Assembly: GCA_038087875.1 (NCBI GenBank)
Contig: CM075991.1
Location: 868,001-932,000 of the forward strand
DNA: 64,000 nucleotides
Source: Malacoraja senta
Lineage: Eukaryota
Direction of reading: 5' to 3'
In this document: one piece after another, positions 46,417 through 59,832 of the stretch
Position numbering within the stretch: the stretch's first letter is position 1
Layout: the number at the start of each line of letters is the position of its first letter
The notes under the pieces: model-generated
The model's input: the letters and a program-made list of their open reading frames with translations, nothing else
Database searches by the model: none
Told to the model about the DNA's origin: nothing
Program-made: the position numbers and the translations under genes

Positions 46417-47530
46417 CTAGATGTTGGGAAAAGAGACAATTTAATTGTGAATACTTTCAATAAGACCTCCAGGAAACAGTGAGAAATGCAGTGGAATAAA
46501 GCTACCTTACGAGATGTGGGGCCATAAGTGATAGGAGCTGATTTGGGCCATTCGGCCCATCAAGTCCACTCTGCCATTCAATTATGGCTGATCTTCATAA
46601 GTTCATGTGATAGGAGAAGTATTAGGCCATTCGGCCGAGCAAGCCATTCAATCATGGCTGATCTATCTCTCCCTCCCAACCCCATTCTCCTGCCTTCTCT
46701 GCATAACCCATGACACCTGTACTAATCAAGAATCTATCTATCTCTGCCTTAAAAAATCCATTAATTTGGTCTCCACAGCCTTCTGTGGCAAAGAATTCCA
46801 CAGATTCACCACCCTCTGACTAAAGCCTTGTGATTATCATGAGTGGAAAGCAAGAGTGATCTGCCCTCTCTAGTGGGTGGTGGGGCATGTGGCACCAAAG
46901 GAAGAAGATTGTTAAACTACAAACTACATAGAGTCCGAAGAAGGGTCTTGACCTGAAACATGACCTATTTTCTCCAGGGATGCTGACTGACCTGCTGAGT
47001 TACTCCAGCATTTTGTGTTTTTCCTTGGTAAACCAGCACCTGCAGTTCCTTTCTCTCTACATTCTAAACTACGAACTGTCTTGGCTGTATTAAGGACTAG
47101 GGACTTTGGACTTCGTTTGTACTAATATTGTTGTTTTAATTTATTGAACTTTCTTTTATTTATTGTGTTATGTACATGTACAGTGTTTGCAGACCTGTTA
47201 TACTGCTGCAAGGAAGAATTTCATTGTTCTGTTATCGGTACATATGCCAATTAAACACTCTTGACTCTCTTGTCTCTTGAGATTGTCATTGGATCTCTCT
47301 CTGTGATGAGAATGATCAGATGGATATGGAGGGTAAGCTATAGTGGAGGGTAAGCTATAATGAGGGTAGATTCTAATGGAGGGTGCTATAATGGGTAGGC
47401 TGTAATGGAGGTGCTATAATGGGTGGGCTATAATGGGTGTGCTATTATGGAGGGTGCTATAATGGGCGGGCAATAATGGAGTGTAGAATATATTGCCGTT
47501 AAAGCCACCTCGCCCTTCTCTTGGACTGAC

Positions 47531-47638
47531 CTGATGGGTCGCGTTGGTTGGTTGAATGTGGTTCTGTTGTTTCTCCAAGAAAACATCCATATCATAGAGA
47601 TCCAGAGGGATTTGTTCAACTGTTGATTCATGGGGCAT
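47531..47638 (-). CDS. NT5DC4: NT5DC4/NT5C2-like exon
   Basis: ttccacag| MPHESTVEQIPLDLYDMDVFLEKQQNHIQPTNATHQ |gtcagt; MPHESTVE is the conserved cN-II motif. Confidence 0.85.
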
Positions 47639-48129
47639 CTGTGGAAAGACAACAATCCCTCAGTTCTCTAAACTGGGCAGTAGGGCCTGGTTCTCAAATT
47701 CCAAACATTCTTTCACTTTGAAACGTTACGTCCATTAAACGTAATCTTGCAACTTTCCCAGTAGTTCATCTGGTAAAGCTAATGCATAAATTATAGCGTC
47801 TATTTGCCCTCAGGTTCAATTTCAGCTTGTGCCAAGTGAACCTGCTCCACGCAGTGGAGAGGGAGGTACACCATGATAGTCTGCAGTGCCCCTGGGGAAG
47901 AGGAGGTCCGTGAGATCCCGATCATTATGCAATGACCCTGCTGAGCAGTGTGTGGTGGTGGTTGTGTTGGACAAGGAACTAATTCAGTTCAGCTCTGATA
48001 TCCCACCCAGTAGCCAAGAACTATCCCTGAATCTGATGGTGTGCATTTTTCACACTTCAATCAGGCAAAAGATATCGAAGTGTGAAAACGCACACCACCA
48101 TATACAGGGACAGTTTCTTCCCAGAAGGA

Positions 48130-48900
48130 ACTGCCCAAGATTGAAGGACCTCATCTGTGAAACACAGTGGTGGGGGTGTTATGGCCTGGGCATGTATGGC
48201 TGCTGAAGGTACTGGCTCACTTATCTTCATTGATGATACAACTGCTGATGGTAGTAGCATAATGAATTCTGAAATGTATAGACACATCCGATCTGTTCAA
48301 GTTCAAACAAATGCCTCAAAACTCATTGGCCGGCGGTTCATTCTACAGCAAGACAATGATCCCAAACATACTGCTAAAGCAACAAAGGAGTTTTTCAAAG
48401 CTAGAAAATGGTCAATTCTTGAGTGGCCATGTCAATCACCTGATCTGAACCCAATTGAGCATGCCTCTTATATGCTGAAGAGAAAACTGAAGGGGACTAG
48501 CCCCCAAAACAAGCATAAGCTAAAGATAGCTGCTATACAGGCCTGGCAGAGCATCACCAGAGAAGACACCCAGCAACTGGTGATGTCCATGAATCACAGA
48601 CTTCAAGCAGTCATTGCATGCAAAGGATATGCAACAAAATACTAAACATGACTACTTTCATTTACATGACATTGCTGTGTCCCAAACATTATGGTTCCCT
48701 GAAATGGGGGACGACTATGTATAAACACTGCTATAATTTCTACATGGTGAAACCAAAATGTATAAGAATGGCCTTTATTAAAATCTGACAATGTGCACTT
48801 TAACCACATGTGTTTTTTCTATTACAAATCTCAAATTGTGGAGTACAGAGGCAAATAAATAAATGATGGGTCTTTGTCCCAAACACTATGGAGGGCCCTG
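48130..48900 (+). mobile_element. Tc1 DNA transposon, 3' half
   Basis: KHSGGGVMAW...QQDNDPKH...WPCQSPDLNPIEH (DD34E catalytic domain); ends ...ggagggccctg followed by TA. Confidence 0.92.
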
Positions 48901-50986
48901 TAGTATGTAGTTTATTGGATATTAGTGCTTTTAAGAACATATTGTCACTAATGATTGTTATTCTATGTTTAGTAGATAGTGCGCAAGGTTAACAATTGTA
49001 TAAAAGCTGACTGATGCGAGTAGAAATGTTAGAGTAGCTCGGTAACTGGGACCGTGTTGCTCTCCTTGTGCACAAGTAAATAAAGTTTACAAGTAAAGAC
49101 ACAAACACAAGTTGTCAGACGACAACATCCCTTTCACTTGCTGGAACAAGTTGGCAGATGAAAGGCTGTGGGCTTGGGTCAGGGAGATTAAACTGTTAAT
49201 GTTCAAAAATATGTCTCCAACTTGTCAATGAGTGTACTGCCTCCTGCTTAAAGCAGAGCCATTTAGAGAACAGCATGAAACAGTGCCTGAGTAATTAAAA
49301 TGGTTATGGTTGTGGGCCAGGTTTGTCAGCGCAAAGCTGATGACAGCAGCTATGCAAGGGCAGGAATGGCCACCTCCAGTCCTCGTTTGTTCCACTGATC
49401 GCATCCCATTGAAGAACGACCATTTCCCCATGCACTGTGTCTTTCCCCTGTACAATCCCAAGCAATTTCATAAGTTTTAGGAGAAGAATTAGGTCATTTG
49501 GCCCATCGTCTACTCCACCATTCAATCATGGCTGATCTATCTTTCCGTCTCAACCCCATTCTCCTGCCTTCTTCCCATAACCCCTGACACCTTTACTAAT
49601 CAAGAATCTGTCAATCTCTGCCTCAAAAATATCCATTGACTTGGCCTCCACAGCCTTCTGTGAATTCTACAGATTCACCACCCACTGACAAAAGAAATTC
49701 CTTCTCATCTCCTTTCTAAAGTTACGTCCTTTTATTCTGAGGCTATGGCCTCTGGTCCGAGACTGTCCGACTGGTGGAAAAATCCTCTTAACATTCACTC
49801 TATCCAGCTCTTTCACTATTTGTCCACTCTATCCCGGCCTATCACTACAATTTATTGTACCACATCCAATAGTCAGCTGGCCTCGCAACCTGGCTGCCTT
49901 TAAATGGGATGGGAACTTTGCATTCCCCATTAAGTGGTGTAATGATTCCGTTTCTGTGTTAGCAGTCAGTGTTCTGGAACAGTGATCCAAAGGTACACAA
50001 TCAATCTCATAACACCGAGGCAATTCAATAAGACCTAGAACTTTAAATTTTAACCTCATCTTTGTGATCATAACAGTGAAACAACTGGATTGTCATAAAA
50101 AGTACTGGATGTAATGAAAATCCATCTGGGAACAAAATCTTCTGTGTTGCCCCAGTCTGGCCTGTACCTCACCCAGAATCACCAGCGTGGCTGAGATTTC
50201 TCCATCTCAGTTTAATTTAGAGATACAGTGTGGAAACAGGCCCTTCAGCCCACCGAGTCCGCGCCGACCAGCGATCCCCGCACATTAACACACACTAGGG
50301 ACAATTTACACTTATACCAAGGCAATTAACCTACAAACCTGTGCGTCTTTGGAGTGTGGGAGGAAACCGAAGATCTCGGAGAAAACCCAAGGGGTCACGG
50401 GGAGAACGTACAAACTCCGTACAGACAGCACCCGTAGTCGGAATCAAACCCGGATCTCCGGCGCTGCAAACGCTGTAAGGCGCTGTAACGCTACCGCTGT
50501 GTCACCGTGCTGCCCTTAGTGCCAGGGTAGTTAGGGGTGGGCAATCAATGCAGGCATTGTCTACAACGCCCGTGTTCTCTGCACTTCGGGGCTTCCCTGT
50601 CATTACAATCTCTACCCCATCATTACCCCAGTGATCAAGCCCCAGCTCTCAGCTACTGTGGTCAAACAATCTGCACCCTCTCAGTGTCCAAACATCATGT
50701 TAGTACAAGAGTTCAGACAGAGAATCAATCTACGGACAACAGGTTCTAGTTAGGGGCTAGGAATATTTGTGAACCTGTGGGGCACTGAACCAATGTATTC
50801 CCCAGAGAGACAGAAAATGCTGGAGTAACTCAGCGGGTCAGGCAGCATCGCTGGAGAAAAGGAATAGGTGATGATTCGGGTCGTCTCTTCTTCCGATTGA
50901 GAGTCAGGGAAGAGGGAAACTACAGGTATGAAAAAATACGGGACAGATCAGAGTTAATAAACACTCTGAGAGAAGGGCTGACGTAC

Positions 50987-51163
50987 CAGTACAGGAGGTG
51001 CTCGGAACAAGTAGCTGAATGGATAATATAAGAGATTTATGCATGAGACAGCATACAGGTCAGCGTAGCGTATCAACTGACTGGCAAAAAGGGTTTGTCT
51101 GGAGCCACAACGTAACAGACTTCCCATCTTCCCATAGCACATGTCCATCTCATGCGTCACCAC
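50987..51163 (-). CDS. NT5DC4: NT5DC4/NT5C2-like exon
   Basis: [59 protein letters not shown]; 177 bp, AG/GT intact. Confidence 0.93.
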
Positions 51164-52606
51164 CTGGAAACAGATGAAAGCGTAGCTTAGATTAGTGGTA
51201 ATAAAAGGGCAGGCACCACCCTTCAGAACACCACCTGACCGCCCTCAGCCTCACGCAATGTAAAGGACACCATGAAACCCCGTTCCCCTTGTTCTCACAG
51301 CTGACTAGCCATACCATCACCCACATGCAGTCCCTTGCTGCTCCTAAAGTCTAACAAAAGTCTTGGTCACACTCGTCCTTCCTCATAATTCCTATACCCA
51401 CTGATCAACCCCAATCTAAGTAAATGTTTTTTGGAATCTGATCTGAACCTCTTCCAGTATCTGGAGCTTGTAGCTTCCTTTCCATTGTTCTGCTTTGGCC
51501 TTGCTTCCTTTATCCCTTCTACAGCATGGCTCAGTGGTAGAGCCACTGCCTCACAGCACCAGTGATTCGTCTTCAATTCTGACTTCAGGTGCTGCTTGCG
51601 TGGAGATTGTACATTCACCCTCTGACTGCGTGGGTTTCCTCCAGGTGCTCAGGTTTCCTCCCACATCCCAAAAGTTGCGAGTTTGTAGATTAATTAGCTG
51701 CTGTAAATTGCCCTTTGTGTGTAGGGTGTAGATGAAAAAGTGGGAAACAAGTGTGAACGGGTGATCAATGGTTGGCGTGGATTTTGTGGGCCGAAGGGCC
51801 TGTTTCCATGGTGTATCTCTAAAGAACACTTCGCATATGCCTCTATGTGGCCTGCTCACAAAGGTCTCAGCTTCAAGGAAAGTGGATAATTCAGTAGATT
51901 TCCTCTGACTGTGGAATTATCCTTGTTGTCCTCCCCTGCACCAGTCTGTCTGAATGACCACTTTTAACACTTTGCCCAGATCTGTGCAAACTACTCCAGT
52001 TATGGCCTGACCATAATACTGAATAACATTTCAAAATTGAGAACATCTAGAGAATACAATGCAACAAGACACAAAGGTTTCCTCAACAGTATCTCCCAAA
52101 ATCTGTACAACTGAGAATAAACGGACCCGTAGGAATTCCTGATATCTAGTCCCGTCACAAATCCTGACCTGGACACGACCGTTTCTTCATCAACGCAGGG
52201 TCCAAAGTCTGGTGCTTCCTACCAGCAACACTGTGGGGGTCATCATAAGAATTGCAGAGGTTCAACGTGGCAATTCTCCACCATGTTCTCAGGGATAATT
52301 AGTATCAAGGACATGGCATCTGTGGCTCCATTTTCCAAGCGAGCAGAGAGTGAGTTTACTCTGCTTGTTGTCAATCAACTAATGGGCCTCAGATCTCAAG
52401 AACAAGGTCAGGGGTGAGTAGCTGGTCAAAGTAATTGACATCGAGTTTCAGCAGCAAACAGGCTCCCCAGTCCATAGTCTGTATTGCACAGTTTTAACCA
52501 TATACATTCCATCAAGTGACCCATTTAACACATTAGGTTCTCAATTAATGAAGCAGAAAATATTATTCACAACACATTAACAACTTGGACACAAAGTTGC
52601 CCTAAC

Positions 52607-52667
52607 CTTAATCCGTTTGCGAACTGAGGTGATATCAGGCCGTTCGTTGCTGCTGCTGTCGAGATGC
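52607..52667 (-). CDS. NT5DC4: NT5DC4/NT5C2-like exon
   Basis: (K)HLDSSSNERPDITSVRKRIK; 61 bp, phase 2-0. Confidence 0.92.
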
Positions 52668-53316
52668 CTTGAACAGAGATAAGCGTAAGTTAGGTCATTC
52701 CAACAGCCTGCGGTGTGTGAACAGCACTAGCTCATCCTGTCAATGAACACTTCCTTTCATCTATTGGTGAGGAGGTACTTCATATCCGATGCACGCTTTA
52801 ACCCTTTACTGCCCACTTTTCTACGTACCTCAGCACCAAAAATGAAAATTAATGGGATTAATGTAGGATTAGCGTGAATGGGTGGTTGATGGTTGGTGTG
52901 GATTTGGTGGGCCATGCTGTGACTGGATGATACTGAGAGCACATTCACTGGAAGGATGGCAGCACAGTTTCCACCATTCTCTCTGGGGTGTGTAATGGTA
53001 ACTTGGCAGCAAAGCCCACATCTTGAGAGTGAATAAAGGAAGGCGGCTGACTACATTCTGATATAGGACAGGGCTGTTCTGAGAATGGGCATGAAATGCT
53101 GGAGTAACTCAGCAGGTCAGGCAGCACCTCTGAGGAACATGGATAAGCGAGTCGAGGTTGAGACACTTCTTCAGACTGATTGAAGTGGGGGAGATGGCCC
53201 ATTCACAGCCAGTCTGCTATGGGCTAACACACTTCTGATGTCATTCACCCTCTTTAGTGCATACTTCCAGTCAGTTCTTAGAATCAACACCAATTCATTT
53301 CTGACGAGGAACTCAC

Positions 53317-53368
53317 TTGTAAAATTCAGCCAAAAATATATCGAGATTATGAAGTTCTTCAAAAAGTG
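53317..53368 (-). CDS. NT5DC4: NT5DC4/NT5C2-like exon
   Basis: ALFEELHNLDIFLAEFY(K); 52 bp, phase 1-2. Confidence 0.92.
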
Positions 53369-53559
53369 CTGCAAGAAAGTAGAGGAGATTGCTTAGTATT
53401 TCATGCTGCAGATAAATCTGGACTATTATATATAATGATGCAATAAAGATGTGCACAAACGCTTCATTTAGAAAGTGGATACAAAGGTGATATTAATTAG
53501 CATTAATCACAAGCATTCCATAAATCAGCACAGTGGAAACTTGAATATTATTCAAGAGA

Positions 53560-54790
53560 CGTCAAGAGTGTTTCTGGAATAATTAAATTCTTACTTGCAG
53601 CAGCATAACAGGACTATAAACACAGTACCTATAGATTAACAAAAAAAGTTCAACAAATGAAAATAGAAAGAATATTAGTGCAAAACAAAAGCCCAATAGT
53701 GCAACCAGGACAATTTGCAGTTCGTAGCTTAGTTGGTGTTTGTAGTTGGTGGTTGTTGGAAAGAAGCTGTTCCTGAAATTGGATGTTAAAGTTTTCCTGC
53801 TCGTATATCTTCTTGCTGGCGGCAGGAATGAAATGAAAGCATGGTCAGGGTGGTGTGGGTCCTTGATGATGCTGGCTGTTTTTTTGAGGCAGCGCTTCCT
53901 ATGGATCCTTCGATGGTGGAGAGGTCAGTCCTTGTGATAGACCGCGTAGTGTCCATCACTTTTAGTGACCTGCTTCATTCTTGGGCGCTTGGGTTGCCGA
54001 ATCAGGCCGTGATGCAACCAGTTAATATGCTGTCTACTGTAGATCTGTAGAAGTTCAAGAGAGTATTCGTCAACATTCCGAATCTCCTCAATCTCCTAAG
54101 AAAGTAGAGTTTGATAGGTTTTCTTTATAATTGCAACAACGTGCTGGGTCCGGGACAGATCGTCAGAGATGTGCATGCCCAGGAATTTGAAGTTGTTCAA
54201 TCTCTACACCGCCGACCCATCGATGAAACAGGTTCGTGGATCGTCCACCTTCCTCTTCTAAAGTCAAAAAGCATCTCCTTGGTCTGACTGACGTTCTGGC
54301 ACCATTCAATCAGATTATTGATCTCCCTCCTATACTCTGTCGTGGGCAAATTTAAAGATGGAGTTGGAAGTGTGATGGGTATCGAGTGAGTAGAGCAGGG
54401 GGTCACGCACACAGTCTGTGCTGATGGTTATCCAGGAGGAAGTGTCATTGCCAATTAGTACCAATTGTGGTTTGTTGATCATTCTTTCTTCCTGTTGCAG
54501 AGGGATGCATAGAGACCCAGTTCCATGAGCTTGGTAACAAGTTTAGAGGGGATGATGGTGTTGAACGCCGAGCTGTATTCTATTAACAACAGCCTGACGT
54601 ATGTGTTTTTATTGTCCAAGTGGTGCAGTGCAGAGTGGAGATAGTGAGATTACATCTCCCATTCATCTACTGTGGCAGTAGGTAATTTGTAGTGGGTCCA
54701 GCTTCTTATTGATGCAGTAGTTGGTATGCGCCACAACCAACTTCCCAAAGTACTTCATCACCACAAACATTTTTGCAACCAGTCAGTTGT
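53560..54790 (-). mobile_element. Old degenerate LINE (Rex1/Babar-like) 3' part
   Basis: The - strand shows YVRLLLI, FNTIIP, YRREINNLIEWC and TKEML.DFR remnants with many disruptions. Confidence 0.55.
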
Positions 54791-54987
54791 CACTGTGGCA
54801 TGTCCCCTTACTCTTCTTAGACTCTCGCCCATTTAAGGCAGGTGGGAACCTCAGACCTCAGCAATGAAAGGTGGAAGATGACTGCAAAAACTCTAGCCGG
54901 TTGATCTGCACAGGTTTTTGAGAACACAGCCAAGTCCATCTTCCTCACTCCACATAGCCATATCTATCATGTTCACTCCCTATCCTT

Positions 54988-55999
54988 CTTCTTCTTCTGT
55001 TGTGTGTCTTTTAGACCTGCAGCTCCGTTGAGGCGAGCCAGGCCAACGTGTCATCGTCCAGGTCAATCAGACCTCGTTCACCATTCGGTGGCCGGTGTTT
55101 GGGGCAACTGGTGACGATGTGCTCCACTGTCTGTGTTGGGTCCCCACACTCACAGGAGGCACTCGCTGTCCACGAGGCCCCACCTCTTCATCGCTACTCC
55201 ATAGCGTCCGACGCCTGTCCTCAAGCGGTTGAGGGTTGTCCACTACTTTCGGGGCAGGTCCTGGCCAGGGTCGTCCATGTGGTCATTGATGTACTGGTGT
55301 AGCCTAGATGGTTCCGCTGACTTCCACTGGTCTCTCCATCTCGTCTTGACCCAGGCAACCTTAGAAGCGTCAGCCGGTGTTGTGCAGAGCAACTCTTGGG
55401 CTTGCGTGGCAAAGGGGTGCCGTGACTTGAGGCGCACTCGTCGTGGTGTCTCTGTGACGATCTGATGGAGGAGGTGGGATTCACTGGTCTGTGCCTTTCG
55501 AGAGAGGGCCAGCGTGGCTGCTTCTCGTCTGATGTTGGCTGGGGTGATGCCAGCGAGGACGGGCAGTTGGTTTACTGGGGTGGCTCGTAGGCATCCGGAG
55601 ACAGTCCGCAGGGTGCTGTTGACGGCAGCTTCCAGCTTCTTGGCGTGCGGGCTACGGCACCAGACTGAGGCGCAGTACTCGGCGGCTGAGAACACCAGGG
55701 CCACTGTGGACATGCGCAGTGTCTTCGTCGTGGCTCCCCATGTGGTGCCGGCTAGGCGGCGAATCAGTGCGGCACGGGCGCTTGTCTTTGCCTTGGCACC
55801 TTCCAGGTGTTGTTTGAATGACAACGTTCTGTCGAGCTTCACACCGAGGTACGTGGGGACAGGCTGGGACCATAACCGGGCGTTATCCACCATGACGTTC
55901 ATCTCGCGGGACGCTTCCCTGTTGTTGAGGTGGAACATTGAAGATGTTGTCTTACCCATGCTGAGCTTGAGGCGCCAGTTCCTCAGGTATGCTTGAGGA
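54988..55999 (-). mobile_element. Vingi/Ingi-related LINE 3' fragment with 13-bp TSD
   Basis: TYLGVKLDRTLSFKQH...LAGTTWGA...ALVFSAAEYCASVW; C-terminal CECGDPTQTVEHIVTSC knuckle; (GAA)n tail; TSD ACTCCCTATCCTT at 54975-54987 and 56000-56012. Confidence 0.8.
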
Positions 56000-57906
56000 A
56001 CTCCCTATCCTTGAGTTTCCTTCAGCCAGAAGCTTCATCACCTCTCCTGGTGCACAGGCTTTGTAGATTTGAGTACGCCACGGTTGTGATAGACTTGATA
56101 TGGAAATATATGGAAGAGTGTGTTCCCACAAAAGCCGACTGAGTGTTCGCCAACCAGAAGCCTTGGATGAACCAGGAGATCGCAATCTGAGGATGAGATC
56201 TCCAGCTTTCGACTCTGGCCACACGGACTCTTGCAGAAAGTAGACACAACATGCTGGAGTAATTCATCGTGTCAGGCAGCATCTCTGGATAGAGAGAATG
56301 GGTGATGCTTCTGGTTGAGAAGAGTCCGAGATTCCCACCTGCCTTAAAAAGTCATCAATAATAGGCCCAAGAAGAGTAAGGTGACATACCTCAGTGACTA
56401 CCGACTGGTGACACTAACGTCCGTGGTGCTTTGGGAAGTTGGTTATGACCCATTACTACCTCAATAAGAACCTTGACCCACTGCCACAGTAGATCAAAGG
56501 GAGATGCAATGTCCCTGGCTCTCCACTGAACCACTTGGACAATAAAAACACATGCGTCAGAGAGGGATAATGGTGGAGACAGATGATAGGTGGGGGAAGA
56601 TTGGTGGAGGAAAATTAAAAGCAAAGAAAACAGCAATGCTGGTAATCTGAGATAAAATGAAACATGCTGGAAAAACTCAGCAGGTCAGATAGCATCTGTG
56701 GAACGACCAGTGGAGTGTGGACTTGTTCAGAGCAAACCTAAATTATAACACAAGAAATGACCATAATCACATTATTGGGGAGAAGGGCAGCAGAATGACA
56801 CATCAGTTGATGCTGCTACCTCCCAACTCCAGCAGCCGGGCTTGGCGCTGATCTCCAGTGCTGTCTGTGTGAAGTTTGCAAGTTGTCACAGTGCCAGCTG
56901 CTTGGATGGGCAACATTTACATCCATGAGAATTTCTTGAAACAATATGTGGATAATCCATGTAGGAAAGTTGATCCTGAACTGGGGAATGAGCCTGGCTC
57001 AATGATCAAAGTTTCAGTGTGGGAGCATCGTGAGGCAGTCATCATAAATCTGTTATGTTTATGATAGTTATAGTGAAAGTGCTACATTTGGGGAAGGTTG
57101 TTTACAACAATATTAAGCAGGAACTGGGGAGAGTAGATTTTAGTTTAGTTTAGTTTAGAGATACAGTGTGGAAACAGGCCCTTCGGCCCACCAGGTTCAT
57201 GCTGACCAGCGATCCCCACACTATTCTACACACTATCCTACATTACTATCCTATATACTTTAGGGACAATTTACAATTATACTAAGCCAATTAACCTACA
57301 AACTTGTACGTCTTTCGAGTGTGGAAAGAAACCAGATAAAACTGCTGCAGGTCACGGGGAGAACGTACAAACTCCGTACAGACAGCACCTGTAAGTTTCA
57401 ATGTGGCGATCTTTTAAAGGCAGGCAGTTCAGGACAAGCACGTTCCTGTGTGGATGAAAGATAAGGATTGGTATTGCTTTATTATTATCTCATGTACTGA
57501 GACACAGTGAAAAACTTTATTTACATGAGTACAATTAAGCCATACACAAATACAACAGGGAAAAATATCAGGGAGCAGAATATAGTGTGACAGCATTATA
57601 GTTACGGAGAAAGTGCAGATAAATAATGTGCATGGTCTGCAAGGAGGTTGGTAGATTGGGGTTACACACCAGCTAAGGGAGGACTTTTCAAGAATCTTAT
57701 AACAGCAGGGAAGATGCTGTTCCTGAATCTGGTGATATGTGCTTTTAACCCTTTGTATCTTATGCCCAGTGGGAGAGGGGAGAAGGGGGAATAACTGGGG
57801 TCCTTGGTCCTTGATTATAATGGCTGCTTTTCCAAGGCACGGTGAAGTTTAGATCGAGCCGGATCTGGTCTGTGTGATGGACTGGGCTACATTCACAACT
57901 CTCTGC

Positions 57907-58050
57907 GGGGTGGGAGATTGCAACCTTCACGTGGTCCGCCCTGTTTCAACGAATGCAATCAACCCGCTGTGCACAATCAAATAAGATCAAATAGAACAAG
58001 TTGTCCAACTTTAGGCTGTGCACGCCATACACAAGAAGAAGAAGAAGAAG
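57907..58050 (+). mobile_element. 144-bp non-tRNA short retroposon with (GAA)n tail, 12-bp TSD
   Basis: Starts GGGG and ends ccatacacaagaagaagaagaagaag; TSD ACAACTCTCTGC at 57895-57906 and 58051-58062. Confidence 0.75.
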
Positions 58051-58298
58051 ACAACTCTCTGCAATGTCTTGCAGTCATGGGCAGAACTGCTGCCAAACCA
58101 AACAGTGATGTATCCTGACAGGATGGTGTATCAGTAGAAGTTGACAAGAGTCGTTGGAGATATGCTGAACTTCCTTAGTCTTCTCATCCGTATCTTCAAT
58201 GTGAAGATGACCAATGGAAACAGATAACTAAATACACTCACGGAATCCTTCAGCCTACGCTGGATTCAAATGTAAAAGTGTACGTTTATTGTTATTTA

Positions 58299-58601
<303 letters not shown>

Positions 58602-58654
58602 TTAAACCAGTCCAACTAGTGCAAAATACAATGCAGAAACAGGCCTTGTGGCCA

Positions 58655-59832
58655 CATTTGTTTGCCACATACCTCGACTCCATCCTATCCTCCCCTGGTC
58701 CAATCCCTCCCAAGCAAAGTCCAAGACACCTCACTCGCATGGGCCCCAGCTATGCCTGCCTATTTAGAGGGTACGTCGAACAATCACTGTTCCAGACGTA
58801 CACTGGCCCTATCCCCAAACTCTACCTCCGCTACATTGACGACTGCATCAGTACTACCTCCTGCACCCATGCAGAACTCACTGACTTCATCAACTTCACG
58901 ACTAATTTCCATCCAGCACTCAAATTCACTTGGACCATCTCCGACATCTCCCTCCCGTTTCTAGATCTCACTGTCTCCATCACAATGGACAGACTATTGG
59001 CTGACGTCTATTCCAAACCCACTGACTTCCATAGCCATCTAGACTACACTTCTACCCACCCTGCTTCCTGTACTCCCCTATCCCCTACTCCCAATTCCTC
59101 CGTCTACACTGCATCTGCGCCCAGGATGAGGTGTTCCACACCAGGTCATCGGAGATGTCCTCATTCTTTAGGGAACGGGGGTTCCCCACTTCCATTATAG
59201 ATGAGGCTCTCAATAGGGTCTCCTTGATATCCCACAGCTCCGCTCTTGTTCCTCCTCCCCCCATTCGTAACAAGCACAGTCCCCCTTGTCCTCACCTTCT
59301 ACCCTATCAGCCGTCGCATACAGCATATAATCCTCCGACATTTTCGCCACCTCCAATGGGATCCCAATACTGGCCACATCTTCCCATTTCCACCCCTTTC
59401 TGCAGAGACCGTTCCCTCCGCAGCTCCCTGGTCAACTCATCCCTTTCCAATCAAACCACCCACTCCCCAAGTACTTTCCCCTGCAACCGAACGAGATGCA
59501 ACACCTGTCCCTTTACCTTCCCTCTCGACTCCATCCAAGGACCCCAACAGTCTTTTGAGGTGAGGCAGAGGTTCACTTGCACCTCCTCCAACCTCATCTA
59601 CTGTATCCGCTGTTCCAGGTGTCAAATCCTGTATATCGACGAGACCAATCGCAGGCTCGACGATTGTTTCGCTGAACACCTCCGCTCAGTCCGCCTAAAC
59701 CTACCTAATCTCCCGGTGGCTCAGCACTTTAACTCCCCCTCCCATTCCCAATCTGACCTTTCTGTCCTGGGCCTCCTCCGTTGTCAGAGTGAGGCTCAGC
59801 GCAAATTGGAGGAACAGCACCTCATAATTTGA
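58655..59832 (+). mobile_element. Penelope-like element fragment (RT + GIY-YIG endonuclease)
   Basis: MGPSYACLF...YLRYIDDC...LPFLDL...YSKPTD RT motifs; FTCTSSNLIYCIRCSRCQILYIDET..R...EH GIY-YIG domain; frameshifted. Confidence 0.9.

Noticed and set aside
47325..47482. Degenerate gggtgctataat(gga) tandem repeats resembling TATA boxes or a CRISPR array
   Set aside because: Intronic minisatellite without unique spacers in a vertebrate genome.
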